NCBI GenBank assembly: GCA_051294905.1
Contig: CM119373.1
Coordinates: 312,001-376,000 of the forward strand
Origin: Botryllus schlosseri
Lineage: Eukaryota
Direction of reading: 5' to 3'
DNA length: 64,000 nt
Part shown: positions 1 through 13,329 of the stretch, one piece after another
Position numbering within the stretch: the first letter of the stretch is position 1
How the letters are laid out: each line of letters opens with the position of its first letter
Notes under the pieces: generated by a model
What the model saw: the letters and a program-made list of their open reading frames with translations, nothing else
Database searches by the model: none
Told to the model about the DNA's origin: nothing
Position numbers and translations under genes: made by a program

Positions 1-45
1 CCTTCGATAGTTGTGGTTCGAGTGATTGTATGTGACTCTTCCAGG

Positions 46-2357
46 CAGGACCGTAACTGCCGCACCCCAAACCCCCCAATTGGGGGGCCCGAGCTCGAAG
101 GGGGCCCAAAATTATTTCGCGAATTAGCATAAATTATTGAGTACTTTTCAAGTTGCCAACTTAGTTAGTTATTTGGTAGCCAGCTACTCTTTCCCAAGAC
201 AAAATACGCAAGATTTATCGCAATGGACATATCGGCAAGACATTTAAGGTTTTAGAACATGTAACATGCGACTCCAAGAAGTGTGCCAGAACGATCGGCA
301 GCGAGAAAACCTGAGCCAAAAAGGACTGCCCGCTTACGCTGACCGAAAACTTCGTTATATATGCAAAATGCATATATAGGTTTAATTGTCCATAGGCGCC
401 TAAATGACCGGTGCCGAATGTTCCTGTCTTGGCAATCTGAACCTCAGAAGACAAATACCATTCCGCAGGGGAAAATTGTATGCACGTAAAGAAATACCAA
501 TTTGAAATCGTGTGCGTCGTTAGTTTAGTACATTTTGGCGATTCTGTATTTTTTGATATAACAGACAGGAGATCACGAAATGACATCATGAAACGAAGTC
601 ATACCAACGGGGCCGCCCGCCCGAATATGTTTAATTATTATTTACGGGCCCTACAGTTTCCAAGCCACCTCATTCAGCTCTACCGGTAAATCTGATAACG
701 TGAAGAGAGAGAACAAGAAATTGATAGCAATATATATGCAATTCCCAATATTATTGACCGATTTTATCATGAATTATCGAAAATTTTCGCGCTGGCTCAC
801 TATATAGACCAGTGGTTCTCAACCGGGGGTCCGCGGACCCCTAGGGGTCCGCGAAGCAATTTCAGGGGGTCCGCGAGACCTCAAAATTTTCAAAATGATT
901 GATGACCTAATTTAATTTAATTTTTTGATTTGAGAAAGCATGAGGCAGTTTCGCACCGCAACTGCTAAAACCTCGTGACTCACATCATCATCATAATCGT
1001 CTGACATGAAATATCCTGCTGTGCAAATTGATTTTAATTGCGAATAGCCGTCTGATACAAACATATTCTATTGCTGTTTAGAGACGTTTTGTTGGGTCTT
1101 GTGGAAAAAATATAAATAATATGGAGATAGTAAGGTCAATCAGGATGACTCCGTAATGTTTGCGAAATCTTTTCGATTTGAAGTTGTCAGTCTCATCCAA
1201 TGATATAAATATATATATCATTGGTCTCATCAAATTATAGTTAACAGTCGTTTGAAATAAAAATTTCTGAAGTATTTTCCCTAATTTGCCCCAATGAAGG
1301 GGTTGAAACCTCGCCACGAAATCCATTTTATCCTGTGATATACGTAACCACTATTCCAGAATAACTTCAAGATGAGATGCTGCATAAAAATGACTAGGCT
1401 GGACGTGATATGTACATTACTAATACGTTTCTTCATTTTGGTGTCATAAATGTAGCGATCACACTAAAAGTATCGTCGGAAGCGTTGCGCGTTAATATTG
1501 CATTAGCCTCCATCTATCTTTGTGGAAATTGATTTTCGGCACTCATCGTTCATAAGAAATCGAAGGCACGGATTTTCAAGACACAACCACGTAGCCTACT
1601 TTAAGAAATACAACTGCAGATTTGAAATAATAAAGGTCGACCCAATTTCTACATAAATAGCATGATGTTGCTTTCAAGAAAAGTCATATTGTTGCTGTTT
1701 ATCACAAAAAGCCTATACAATTCACATTTGCACAAGACAGATGACATTTGCACCATAATTGAGCTAACTGTGAACTAAAACTTGAGGGGGTCCGTGAGGG
1801 TCCGTGACGGCCAAAAGGGGTCCGCGAAGCCAAAAAGGTTGAGAACCACTGATATAGACTGTGGGCCTTATTTCGTGACAAAAGCGAACAACGTGATGGA
1901 GGGGGGCGGTTTATCACCCTATGGGAGCCCAAGACCCAAGTTTTATTGAGGGGCCTGGCCAAGTGCTGTTTCGTTCCTGCGAACGGGTATACGCCCGAAG
2001 ATGTTTAATTATTATTGAGGGGTCCTACCATTTCAAACACACCTCACTCAGGTCTACCGGTAAATCTGATTACGTGGGCAGAGAGAGGATAAAAATTGAT
2101 AACAATATATATTCAATTCCCGATTAAATTGACCGATTCAATCATGAATTTTGAAATTTTTCGCGCTTCGCGCGTCTGCACGACATAAGCTGCCCCACTA
2201 AACGGACGGCCCAACACATATGATGAGTAGCGGTAAACAGCGTATAGCCAAGGGGGGTCTGGGGGGCGAAGCCCCCAAGAAGTTCGGTTTATCACCCTAT
2301 GGGGGCCCATGACCAACGTTTTTTTGGGGGGCCTGACGAAGTGCTGTTACGGCCCTG
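46..2357 (+). mobile_element. Non-autonomous hAT DNA transposon (family A), with a Charlie-type MITE nested inside
   Basis: TIRs CAGGACCGTAAC (46) / GTTACGGCCCTG (2357); 8-bp TSD CTTCCAGG/CTTCCATG (7/8); homologous copies at ~50433 and ~61990. Confidence 0.85.
810..1851 (+). mobile_element. hAT-Charlie-type non-autonomous element (family B)
   Basis: TIRs CAGTGGTTCTCAACC / GGTTGAGAACCACTG; perfect TSD ATATAGAC (802-809, 1852-1859); paralog at 54870-55690. Confidence 0.92.
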
Positions 2358-2909
2358 CTTCCATGACATGTCCGAATCTAGTAAAACCCCCAGGTATTTG
2401 GCATTTTTAGTGTTGGAAATTGGTTAGCCAGCGATGTCAACGGTTAGGTTATTCCAGGAGTTCACAACCAATAATTGAGATTTCGCAGCGTTAACCCGAA
2501 CGCTATTATGGGACGTCCACTCATGCACTTTGGGCATTTGATCACGGGAGACGGCATTCAAGCTTGCGGTAGGTGACGAGTAGGTGACGAGTATCGTCAG
2601 CGAAGAGTGTGGTATTCAATGATGAGGTTTCAAAGATATCATTGACATATAAAGTAAAAAGAACCGGTCCAATAGGAGAGCCTTGCGGAACACCACAGGT
2701 AACAAGGTGGGGGGAGGACAAAGTGTTGGATATCGGAACCATTTGATATCTCCCAGTCAGGTAGCTTTTCATGAGCTCTAGTTGTGGACCCCGGAACCCC
2801 TAGCGCGCCAATTTCGAGCGACGAATACTGCAATCGACGCAGTCAAACGCTTTTTTTAGATCAAAAAAATGCTACGCCCCACACTTCGTTTCTGCAAGAT
2901 GTCATAGTA

Positions 2910-3615
2910 GAGGGTTACCATATTTTTGTGGAGTGAATTCCGGGTGCTCTTTAGCGCCCACTAACGGATTTTAAAATGAGATATGAATCATTGTTTGTCG
3001 ACATGACGTCACACTAGAAAAGCTTTGCCTATCGGCCATAGGTGGTCACGATCCGGATCGGGAGCCGCTATAATGTTAGGTCAGTGCATTTATTTGGTTG
3101 TGCGTTGCAACCAGGACCGAACCAACATTTTTCAGCCCCTCCCGTCCAGATAAACACTGATCTTGAGCCCACCATTGGGTAATCGTTCAAGCTGATTACG
3201 TTCAACATCTTAGCGAACCTCAGAATAAAGACAAACGAGTCCCAGGTATAGAGTCACCATCTTTGAGTAAAGCATCACCTAAATGTCCTTAACCAACTCC
3301 AGGAACATACCGCTCTCCTATAATTGCGATTACAGTAAACTTTTTTCAGTAAATGATTGTTCCTTTATTAATTTTTAATTGCATGTTTTGGGAGGCAGTG
3401 TTTAACATATTAAAATCAATGAATACGGCACTAAATCGCGTGCTGCGCGAAGAAAATTTCTGGTTGCATAAATCTGCCCAAAAATAATGTTCATGAATTG
3501 CGAAAAAATTTAGATCCTATTTCAAACTTTCAAAATTCCTGACATTTAGGCATATTTTAGAATTTCCACCCGGACGCAGTTTGAACGGTGAAATTCCGGA
3601 CGTATGGCAACCCTA
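2910..3615 (-). mobile_element. hAT (Tip100-like TIR) non-autonomous element inside the LINE RT
   Basis: Ends AGGGTTACCATA / TATGGCAACCCTA; reverse-complement homolog of the outer parts of 46895-53848; TSD not recognisable. Confidence 0.75.
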
Positions 3616-3728
3616 TTTGCGGAAGCCGAATTGTTGTGGAGAAATTATAGATATCTCGGCGAGGAACGAAGATGGGCGGGAGAGGAGCAATTTTTCGAAC
3701 ACTATTTCAATACACGGTAGGACATATA

Positions 3729-4068
3729 TAGGCTTACCATACGTCCTCTTTAGAGCAGATTTAGAGCAAATTGCGAGTGATATGCCGCATATCAGCAGAA
3801 AAGTGAAGCTCCGACGGGGGAAAATCGGTGATTTTAGCTCTGAGCGAAAAGATCACCTTTTTTTTTTTTTTTAGTCATCCACCTGGCAATGTGGAGTAAA
3901 AAACGTTATTTTGAGCTCTGAGCGGAAACGATGACCTTTTTTTTTTAAGTTAGCCGATCGCAAAGTCGGAAAAATTAACCGATTTTTGAGAATTTCTCTC
4001 CGGTTTTGCAAGTTGCAAATTTCTGAAAAAGTGTCCTCTTTTTTGATTTCCAAAATATGGTAAGCCTA
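3729..4068 (+). mobile_element. hAT (Tip100-like) MITE
   Basis: TIRs TAGGCTTACCATA / TATGGTAAGCCTA; perfect TSD GACATATA; splits the RT just after NYRPI; related pieces at ~15500-15925 and ~50012-50336. Confidence 0.9.
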
Positions 4069-4559
4069 GACATATATAGGTCGGTAGTTGGTGACATTAG
4101 TTCTATCTCCGGCTTTGTTAACAGGGACAACTCTGGCAGTTTTGAGATAATTTGGGTAGACACCATTTTCTCTCATGAAATTGAAAAAAATTGGCAATGA
4201 GATGGCCAATGTGTAGGCTAATCAGTTTTAAAAACCAGGCTGGAATTAGATCATATCCAGCTGCCTTGTTAGATTTAAGTTCATGAATGGCAAGTACCAT
4301 TTCTGTGGAAGTTGCAGGCTCGAGCATGATAGAATATCGGTCTGGTGTAACTGACCATCGCAGTCGAAAAATACCATGATGTGAATACCACAATACAACA
4401 ACAACGATGCACTGTGGGCTGATTAATGCTTTGGATCGTTTTGACATATCTCATGGTGGGCAGCAAAATGAAATTTGTCGGAAAAGTGTGTCACGAATTC
4501 GCGATCGGAAAAAAGCTGGGATTCACTGGGCTAAGTACTACAATTTTTGATATTTTGTT

Positions 4560-5400
4560 ATTGGCCTACTCTTTACATCGCCTAGGTCAAGGTGGGTGTC
4601 CGATTTCACAGACTACTCGAAATCGCTTCGACACCTTCCTATCTCTCATTGTACTGCATTTTTGTGGTGTATTGAACTGATAAAATTGCCAATAAACCAA
4701 TGATGACGATGATGCATAGCGACAACTAGCATCTGCGGAAAGTTTATTGTGAAGGGGTATAGACTTTCGCGAGATAGCGCTGTTGAGGTGCTAGGAGAAT
4801 GAGTACGTTCAGAAAGAGAGGTCTTCGATCTCCGAATGGTAGCCGCCAGCCGGTATCCCTACTGGTTGCTGACGATCACCCTCCGAAAATCTGCCGGTTG
4901 TTTCTATATGAATATACTATTCATTTGTATATTGAAGTTTTGTATTTCCAAGCAGCTCTTCAAATAAACCTATGATGAAAAAAGTCGCGGCATATTTGCA
5001 AAGACTACTCCAAGTCGTTTCGACACCTTCCTATTTTGCATTGTATCGCAGTCTTGTGGTGTTTTTGAAACAATAAAATGATCTATCGAATATGCCGGAC
5101 CTGATTTGTGTAACAGTATCACGCCTGCTATCAAACGGTAATCGATTATGTCCACGTTCAAGTCGAAATACAAATAATTTCCACTGAATAAATACTTGTT
5201 AGCCCTCTAGTTAACTGGACCGTGACCTGACATATTGATCTTGCCTTCTGACATAGTATGCCTCCTTTTTACATTGCCCAGGCCAGGTGGGTGTTCGATT
5301 TGGAAGACTACTTGAAGTCGCTTCGACATCTTCCTATCTTTTTCATTGTATCGCAGTCTTGTGGTGTATCGAAATGATTAAATTTATAGCAACAAATTGA
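4560..5400 (+). repeat. Cluster of LINE/SINE 3'-tail copies
   Basis: Three copies of the GACTAC..GTCGCTTCGACACCTTCCTAT..CATTGTATCGCA..TTGTGGTGT module, one ending AATAAACCAATGATGACGATGATG. Confidence 0.7.
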
Positions 5401-6386
5401 ACTGAATTAATCAAGTCAACTCAACACCTTCTGCAACTGTCTATTACCTATCCATGAAACAGAAGCATAATATTGCATATAACTTTGTACATGAATTGCA
5501 GTTATATTTCGGCTTACATCATAACCCACACACAGGTCAATAAACACCAAACAGTGATTGGGAACTATCAATTAGGCTTTGAATACAAAATATGTAAAAA
5601 ATTGGGCTTCAATATTGCGAATTAGGATAAATTTAACAAGATTGTGCAAGAAGAATGCTTTGCTATTGCAAGATAACTGGGACAAACCAAAATGCCGAGA
5701 AGTCAAGTCACAAGTATGAATCGACAATTATTTGTAATGATTCAAGTCCAATAGTTAGAGATGAATTTTTCAAGTACTGATATGATATGCTCCTTGCCAT
5801 TAAGAGGTAATTTATCAACGACGATAGTATTTTCCACAGCGGAAGACTGTAAACCTAGATTGGTGGTATTGCAGCATACGAAACATGTAGTACAAAGCTA
5901 GGCATGTTACTGGAAATGACGTATCTGTCAAGTCCAGATCAACCCACCCCCACCGCATATTGAAAAAATACAAAATCATCATTATTGTGATGTAAAACTG
6001 GCATAATATTATTGGTGGCCGCATAAAAGTTATTCATTCCAACATTCCATATCATACGTACTGTTATGATGAATGATACTGGAATGCTCAAAGCCTGATA
6101 CTCAATTTCACCAATCCCTAATGACTTCCCTGACTCGGATCGACTTGAATGAGGGGCACTTTACAGTGATACATTAGTGGCTGTTCACAGGATAGGCATT
6201 GTGATGGTAAAATATGCATAAAATCATTCAGACACAGTGAAATTAAAGAAACAGAACAGATAGATGTTGAAAATATGTGCATAAAATTTTACAAACAGAC
6301 ACCCAAAATAAATTAGATTAGCTACCGGTATAGCTGTAGCTACTATACCATTTTCATCATCACACTGAAACACAGTGGTTCTTAAC

Positions 6387-6863
6387 TAGAGGTCGACCGA
6401 TTATCGACATGGCCGATTATCGAGGCCGATATTTTATATTGAAAAAAATCGAAAATTTCGGAAATTCAATGCTCTCAAGAAATCGATGACCCAAAGAGCG
6501 ATATATGACAGATTTACCCTTGCAGGACGAGTTAAGCTGGGTGAGCATGCAGAGAAACTATGCTTCCTGAATTACAATCTACCTTTTCTGGACTGATCTG
6601 CAATTCTGTATCATATTTTGCTTTTTGGGTTATCCCTAATTTCATCGAATGTGCACAATTAAGCAATAATTCATTTCAGTTTTCTCGTTTGTTGTTCAGC
6701 TTTCTGTGGCATACTGTACGAATGCCACTGTGCCTAATACATAATCTTTTTGTTGAAATTGTTCTCTGCTCCTTCCTTATTATTGTCGGCCTATGATATC
6801 GGTGTTTTGAGTGAGCCGATATATCGGTATCGGCCTGTGAAAATCAATATTGGTCAACCTGTA
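6387..6863 (+). mobile_element. hAT MITE inserted into the TIR of a Charlie-type element
   Basis: TIRs TAGAGGTCGACCGAT / ATTGGTCAACCTGTA; TSD TTCTTAAC/TTCTCAAC is part of a CAGTGGTTCTCAACC terminus starting at 6373. Confidence 0.8.
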
Positions 6864-7473
6864 TTCTCAACCTTATAGGTTAGACAGGTAAAAATTTCAA
6901 AACAAATTTTGCAGACCTATGCACCATAAAAAATTTAACTCGATCAAAAATGTATATATGTATTCTACAAGTACATTTTGCGACTAGTATTATTTACCCA
7001 GGTGGTTTTAGAACTTCTGCTTATAATTGACAGTTTTCAGTTTTTTTCCAGCTAAACTAGGCCTAAAACACTTACTTTTGTACCTGTAAATGGCTACTTT
7101 GGAATGAGTGGAAATTGATGGCGTTACTTCTAGTTCTACTCGAGTACCGACGATGACTATATTGATAATCTCTGTTAAAAACAATCAACTCACCGCAACT
7201 TTACGATGATGTTCCTCCTGAGCAGAATTGAACTAGAAGATTTGTAGCTAGTGTAAATTAGACTAAAATGGGAATTATAGCTATCGACCTACGACCTACC
7301 ATTCACGTTTTTTTCCGAATTAGACAGAATTGGAATGATAGCTGCACAGTTTTTTCCAAATTAGATGAGAATTACTGGATTCGGAAATACTTGGAAATTA
7401 AATCAAGTTCAGGTCAAATCAAATCGCTCTATAATTAGTTTAATTAGACAACTAGAATAAATTAGTTTATCGA

Positions 7474-8321
7474 TTATAGTCCCGAGGGGTTGATCATGAA
7501 ATCCGGTGGCTCGTCAGGCAATACTGGTGGTTGAACCAAGCTTGTAATATACTGCATATTACTCGATAGTACATAAAACTTTTTCAACTTTGGAAACAGC
7601 ACTGAAAATCTTTCACGGTGACTGCATAGCGAATCTGCTTCACTTGTGCTATGTAGGCTAGTTTGTACATGATCGACAGTAAACATTCATACAATTGTTT
7701 GGCATCTCGAATAAAAGGGATGCACGGGGCTAATCGACATTGCCCCAGGCCTGTAGCCGATACATTCTTAGATACATCCAAGGTTCTGAATATACTTTCT
7801 TGTAAATCCATGAGGCATTCCAAGCAATCCATAATACCAACACAAAGATCATTGTAATTCATCTTGCCGGCATTCCCAAATGCTTCCAAGGCTGCATCTT
7901 TGATTGCGAGATCGCCGGAAAACTGATCATATCTCCCGGTAAATTCTAGTCTGCGAGTTAGATATTTACAGTACCGTGATATTATTGTTCCATATCCAGT
8001 AGTAGCATACCCCCAATTGTTTCCAAGGTCGTTAATCAGTTGTTTGTATCGTAATGAGTGATCTAGCGCATTTTCGTGGCCGTCTCGTAGTATTTTGTGC
8101 AAAACGTGACAGAATTTCCAGCAAGAAACGGCTTTTTTTGACAGTTGCAGATGCGGCACCACATTCCAGAATGTCATGGCTCCTTTTTCTTGGTACGTGC
8201 CCATTACGGTGATTCTGATGTGCTTTTCTTTGGCCGCTGTCTCGTCCTGGTTGATGGCTTTGGTGATGCTGGTGAATTGGACTTTCTCGAAAGCTTCACT
8301 GTCCACTTCATGTCTTTTCAT
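7474..8321 (-). pseudogene. HIP1-like: HIP1/HIP1R (Sla2-family) ANTH-domain-only intronless copy with a 5-bp frameshift
   Basis: Motifs SITKAIN..KEKH, GTYQEKGAMTFW, CWKFCHVLHKILRDGH, GQCRLAP; homology continues in another frame (LHSTSEADSLCSHRERF..SSNMQY..PVLPDEPPDF) after a GCCTA insertion within TAGGCTA at 7654-7660. Confidence 0.9.
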
Positions 8322-10479
8322 CCCAGGCCTAGTTATATATGTATAATTAGGGTAGGCAACTAGAAATAAATGAATAAAAAACTTTAACATCTCTGTTGCC
8401 AGACTTGTAGGCAGTAAGTACAGTCTGCATAACCAATTGATTGACTTGAGTACCATGTGCAAACATATCTGAGTGCTTCAATTAATAGAAGTAGCCTACT
8501 TCATTGACAACCTCTGCCAGTGCATATTAACTAAAAATTCAGAAGGATCTAGTTTGTTCACTGATTAGAGACACCAAAAAGAGATGGCATCACATCTGGA
8601 GAAGTGGGCTTCTAATTGCTCGTCAACCATAATACCCTTGCTAAGAAACTATAATCATAAACTAATATTACCACACATTGCACAAGATGTATTGAAAAGC
8701 TACTTCAAAATCTAACCTATACAGTAACGGCTATGCTATATCCCACACCTACAAAATGCGGCTGCTCTCCCCATATCTAGGTTACTTTGGCAAGCAAGAG
8801 GTTTGTAATTTGACAATTACTAATAAAACTCATGACAAGTCCAGTAATTGGATAAAAATTCTGTCAGTTCTATTTCCACAGTGTACTATTTAGTTTCAGT
8901 TTTAAGACTAATACTAATAGGGTGGAAATTATCAAGGCAACCAATGAGCTTAGGTATGGTTAAATATTAACTGCTAGGCCTAATAGAACATTAAGTATTG
9001 ACTTTACTTTTTAGCCTACATTAAAATAGACTACAATGCAATGATCAGTCAGAGCCATCATCAGCTACGATCCTTTTTGGCATCTATATTCCACCCTATA
9101 AACTTGACGCACAAATGCCTTCCGCATTATATAGCATATGATTGTAAATGTTGTATATTCCAAATATTGGGGACCTCTTTCAAAATTCAAAACAATCTAG
9201 TCTAAAATTGCTTAATTTTGAAGTATCAAAGAGCGTTTCAAGTCATTCGTGCCTTTTCAGTGGAGTTTTTGAAGTGAAAAACATTGTAGCATGTGAATGA
9301 AAGGCGAAGTTTATTAACGGACTGTTTTTAGCCCAATAATAGCCTTCCTCAAACCAAGAATAGCCAAGCTAAATCACATCTCATGACTTTTGAAACCCAG
9401 CAACAAAGTGGGCTTACTTTAATATATATGTCCACTGACAATACTGGTTACTCGTGTTAACTAGCATTTGAGGGTGGTGAAAAACAGATTGGGCAACATA
9501 ATAATGCTTGAAGTACAGATTTGAATTGATAATTTATCATTTAGTATTTTGAAATAATGTACAGTAAGCAGTAACACAACATAATTAACCGGGGAAGAAC
9601 GAGTGGTGACACATGTCACATGACCCTACATTAGTCGCCGTCCACCGGAGATCTAGTGACAGTAATTGCCAAGATTATACAATAAATAAATGTAGTAAGG
9701 TAGAGAAACGGCGGAATATCTTGAAATATACATACAGCATATTTTTATCTACAAGAGAATAAGAAGAGTATGGTATATTACATGCTCGGTTGATATTAAC
9801 ATCGACCTCCAAAAAGGAGAACCAAACATGAATCACTTCTTGCTCTTTGGGGTATCAATGTAACTTACACTTGAAGCCTGACCTTTACCAGGCGAAATCA
9901 GCTTTGGTAATCTATAAATCTGCCCGCAAATTTTCTAGCCTTCGAAATCAAATTCCCAAATACCGGTACCATGCACAAGGCGGCATGGATCCAATGAATC
10001 AGAATATTTGAGATATCAACCATGGCCCCGATCATTTAAAGGCCAAAGGCAGTAGTCTCGTGAAAGCAAATCACGGCATTGGTCAGCAATCCATCCAGAA
10101 TGACAATTTGTGAATTTGAGGAAGCCAAGGGAATTTCAAATTGACATGAACACACTTGATAAACGCGAATAGAACGGAGATCCGAGGATGAAATAACTTA
10201 ATTGGCCTAATGGCTAATGGTAATACAGGAAATGAATAATGAGCAGCAAATCTTGAAATCAGTCAAATGAATGTTCAAAACAAATACCCAACGCAGCGCA
10301 GCAAGCACACACCGAGTCCAGACTTGTATAAACTACAAATTTAGTTGGTCAACTGTTTGGGGGGCTGCCAGTAAAACTGCACTCGAGCCCGAGCCACTGC
10401 ACAAAATGCAATAAAACGTACTGTCGTACTCCGTATTATAGCTAGAAGCCTAGAACCCCAAAGGGGCCTGGTTGTCCAT

Positions 10480-10650
10480 CAAACAAGTCGCTGCTGAAGA
10501 GATTCGGTGTCCTGAACACAGAAGATTTGCAGAAACTAGAAATTGCCAAGTTTATGTATCAGTTCCACTGCGGTCATTGCCGCGAATATTTCAATGACGT
10601 CTTTACCTCTGAATCAAAAGCGCACAAGTATAGTACATTCATCGAATGTA
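10480..10650 (+). pseudogene. LINE ORF2 C-terminal fragment
   Basis: LLKRFGVLNTEDLQKLEIAKFMYQFH..EYFNDVF resembles the L2/CR1 ORF2 tail. Confidence 0.55.
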
Positions 10651-11334
10651 AATGTAAACATATGGTATGGCAACAGCCGATTTGGTAACTTCGTTCCGCT
10701 TCGCTGAGGCTTTTTTAAGATTAATTTAGCGGCAGCGACTGTGAGAGAGAGAGTCTTTATTTTCATCCAACCAAAATACATAACAAACGGCAGTGATGGT
10801 GGTAGAGAAAATATGCATGCACAGTATTCGGTATTAGATAGGAATGATCGATAAGACCGTGACGGTCATCTAGTCTAATCACACCAGCATCAAACAGGTT
10901 CACTTGACTCTGAACAGTCTGGCTGTAAAAATGTTTAGTTAAAAAAAGGAAAGTAGAAGAAAAATTAAACGATGGTAGCAAATGATCAATGAAGCAATAT
11001 CTGGGCGAAGTAGGGCAGTCCCAAGCGGTGCGCATCTCGTATTCCCAATGTTGTCTCCAGCGGAGACAATTGAAGCGTAGCCATTTTGTCTCCTTGGCTA
11101 CCTAGTCGTCGGAAATTTTACCTGGGCGCTTATGGGTTTACGCATTGTACCTTCATAAAACGGAGTAATAATCAGGTACTGTTAGTTATCAGCCGCCCAT
11201 CTTTTGATATTGCGTTTATACTAAACCATTTATTCGTATAACTTACAGATTATAACATCGGGAATTCTGGGAATAGAATAAGAAGTACGATAGAAACAGG
11301 ATATAACTCAGATGTCAGAACAGCAGTTATAGCT

Positions 11335-11880
11335 ATCATCATCATCATCATCATTGGTTTATTAGCAATTTTATCAGTTCAATACACCACAAAAATGCGA
11401 TACAATGAAAAGACAGGAAGATGTCGAAGCGACAAGGAGTAGTCTATGGAATCTGACACCCACCTTGGCCTAGGCGATGTAAACTAAAGAGGAGGCATGC
11501 ACATTAAATGAAAGTAAAGAAGATAGTATAGAAGAAAAATGCGACAAGAAATAGGGCGGCATGTCATGGGAAGCGAGATCGATAGGTCAGGCGTGGTCCG
11601 GTAATCTTGAGGATGAAGAAGTAAGATTCACAACTCTGAACTAATATCACTGATCACTGGGTGATCCTTTTAAATTTTTCATCCATATGCATTTTCACAT
11701 CCATGTACAGGTGATTCCAAGATAATGTCGAGGGGGTGGGGATCAGTCGGTCAGGTGAGCTGTGCTTATAAGTTATAAGCTTATGGCTGTACAAAACGTT
11801 TGAAGGCAGTATCGAGTTTGTGAGGAGTTATAGCGAGGATGAGGAAATACAGTGTAAGCGGCGATATCCACTTACTTTTT
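11335..11880 (-). mobile_element. 5'-truncated L2-like LINE 3' end with (TGA)n tail
   Basis: Minus-strand WNHL ORF2-end motif (~11710), then the shared 3' UTR module, AATAAA and (TGA)n microsatellite tail at 11335-11354. Confidence 0.7.
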
Positions 11881-11999
11881 ATCTGTGAGATTTTAGCATT
11901 TATAAGGAAGACAATTTTTCATCTAACATTTTGCTTGATGCCAGCTTGACACTTTGAAAAATTTTCTATTTACAGATACATGAACAGATGATTGTATTA

Positions 12000-12165
12000 T
12001 GCATTAGTTTGCAGCTGAAGGAATGCTTAAGAACACCTGATTTTACTATGGTATGTGTTCAGTTTCCCTTGGAAGCAATGATGCTCTAAAGAACGAATGG
12101 ATTAGAGACATCAAGAGAGAAAATTGGAAGCCCTCAAAATATTAAAGGATCTGCTCCAAAGAATG
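12000..12165 (+). pseudogene. THAP zinc-finger remnant, probably transposon-derived
   Basis: FP..EWIRDIKRENWKPSKY*RICSK matches the THAP W..KR..W.P...ICS pattern; in-frame stop. Confidence 0.6.
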
Positions 12166-12501
12166 GAAAGAGCTCTGAAACAATGGAATGAGCAAGAAAG
12201 AGCCGCGGAATAGAGACCAACACTGAAAAGAACTGTGACATCGAGCAGACGAGCACTAGGCCAAGGTGGATGCCAGTTTGAGAAACTGCAACTGGTCGTT
12301 CGGCATGCTCCTATCTGTGTGTGTCTTGATCAGATGAAAATATAATCTGACGATTTTTGATTTATTTTCACCAGCGGCCTGACTTTTCCGTGCTTAGTAG
12401 CAATTTGGTCGAAAAGCTGTCACAGACCCAATGAAATCGTCTCGAGACCCTCACTTGAATAGGGGGTGAAATTTCTACGGAAATTATTTATGTATAATTA
12501 T

Positions 12502-13329
12502 TAGGGCGGTTTTTTTGACATGTCAAAATTGTAGCGTTAGGTCAAAATTTTTCATCAAGTCAAAATTTTTTCGACATCTGCATTTCGTTTGTATCGTAGA
12601 TTCTGCACTGTCGGTGTACATATCATTTGATATTTTACAGCTTGTAGCCTATTTTATAGGACTACCGTTGTAAATGGCTAATTGTCTGCTCATTGTGAAT
12701 CGTAAACGGTCAAATAAAACAAATAGGTAGACATGGTGTTATGGTCAACATACCGCAATATCCTAACTGAAGAAAGACTTCTTGGACATTGCATCATTCT
12801 TACATTAAGAAGCGCACGATGAAAAATTGTGATGTAGACAACATTGTCAGAATAAAGCAACACCAGCAGTGTACGCACAACTTGAGTGTTGTCAGCCAAC
12901 AACTGCTGCTGTTGAACGTCCTTGGCAAGCTTCTTAGTAAGGAAATGCACCTTCTACCCAAGAATGTAGGAAAGTATCTCTCATTGTACTACAACATCTT
13001 TTAATTATTTCTACCATAATACATATTGTAACCACTGGAATTCTTCATAGGGCCGGATTTCGTTAAAATATTGTTTTTTTCATGTAAAAAGTTGCCTGTT
13101 TCTAAGCCAAAAACGTTTTTTTTCAGGCCAAACTGCGTCGTTAGGACAGTCAGTTCCAGCCGGAAATGAAGATTGAGTGGTACAATTTTAACATTATGTG
13201 GGAAAACACCTAATTTGCATATGTTAGGCCAAAATTTGGTCAAGATTCAGTTTGTTTAGGTCAAAAAAAGTCAAAATTTTGATTTTTTAGGTCAAAATTT
13301 CCCGTTTTTTTAGGTAAAAAAAAGCCCTA
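12502..13329 (+). mobile_element. hAT deletion derivative retaining a transposase C-terminus (hAT19/CGGBP-like)
   Basis: TIRs TAGGGCGGTTTTTT / AAAAAAAGCCCTA; TSD ATAATTAT; internal CQPTTAAVER..KLLSKE..KNVGKYLSLYYN with frameshifts. Confidence 0.8.

Larger units (their letters stand above)
2366..4400 (-). pseudogene. L2/CR1-clade LINE reverse transcriptase fragment, frameshifted and split by DNA transposons
   Basis: RT motifs in correct order on minus: KSNKAAGYDLI, VTNYRPI, PQQFGFRK, FDLKKAFDCVD, GVPQGSPIGPVLFTLYVND, LFADDT. Confidence 0.9.

Noticed and set aside
8322..8462. 47-aa N-terminal extension of the HIP1-like ORF
   Set aside because: Starts at TTG in AT-rich intron-like sequence with no homology; ATG at 8321 or a nearby splice acceptor is more plausible
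12690..12950. Minus-strand ORF or SWIM-like Cys pattern
   Set aside because: The plus strand explains the region better as a hAT transposase C-terminus inside TIRs
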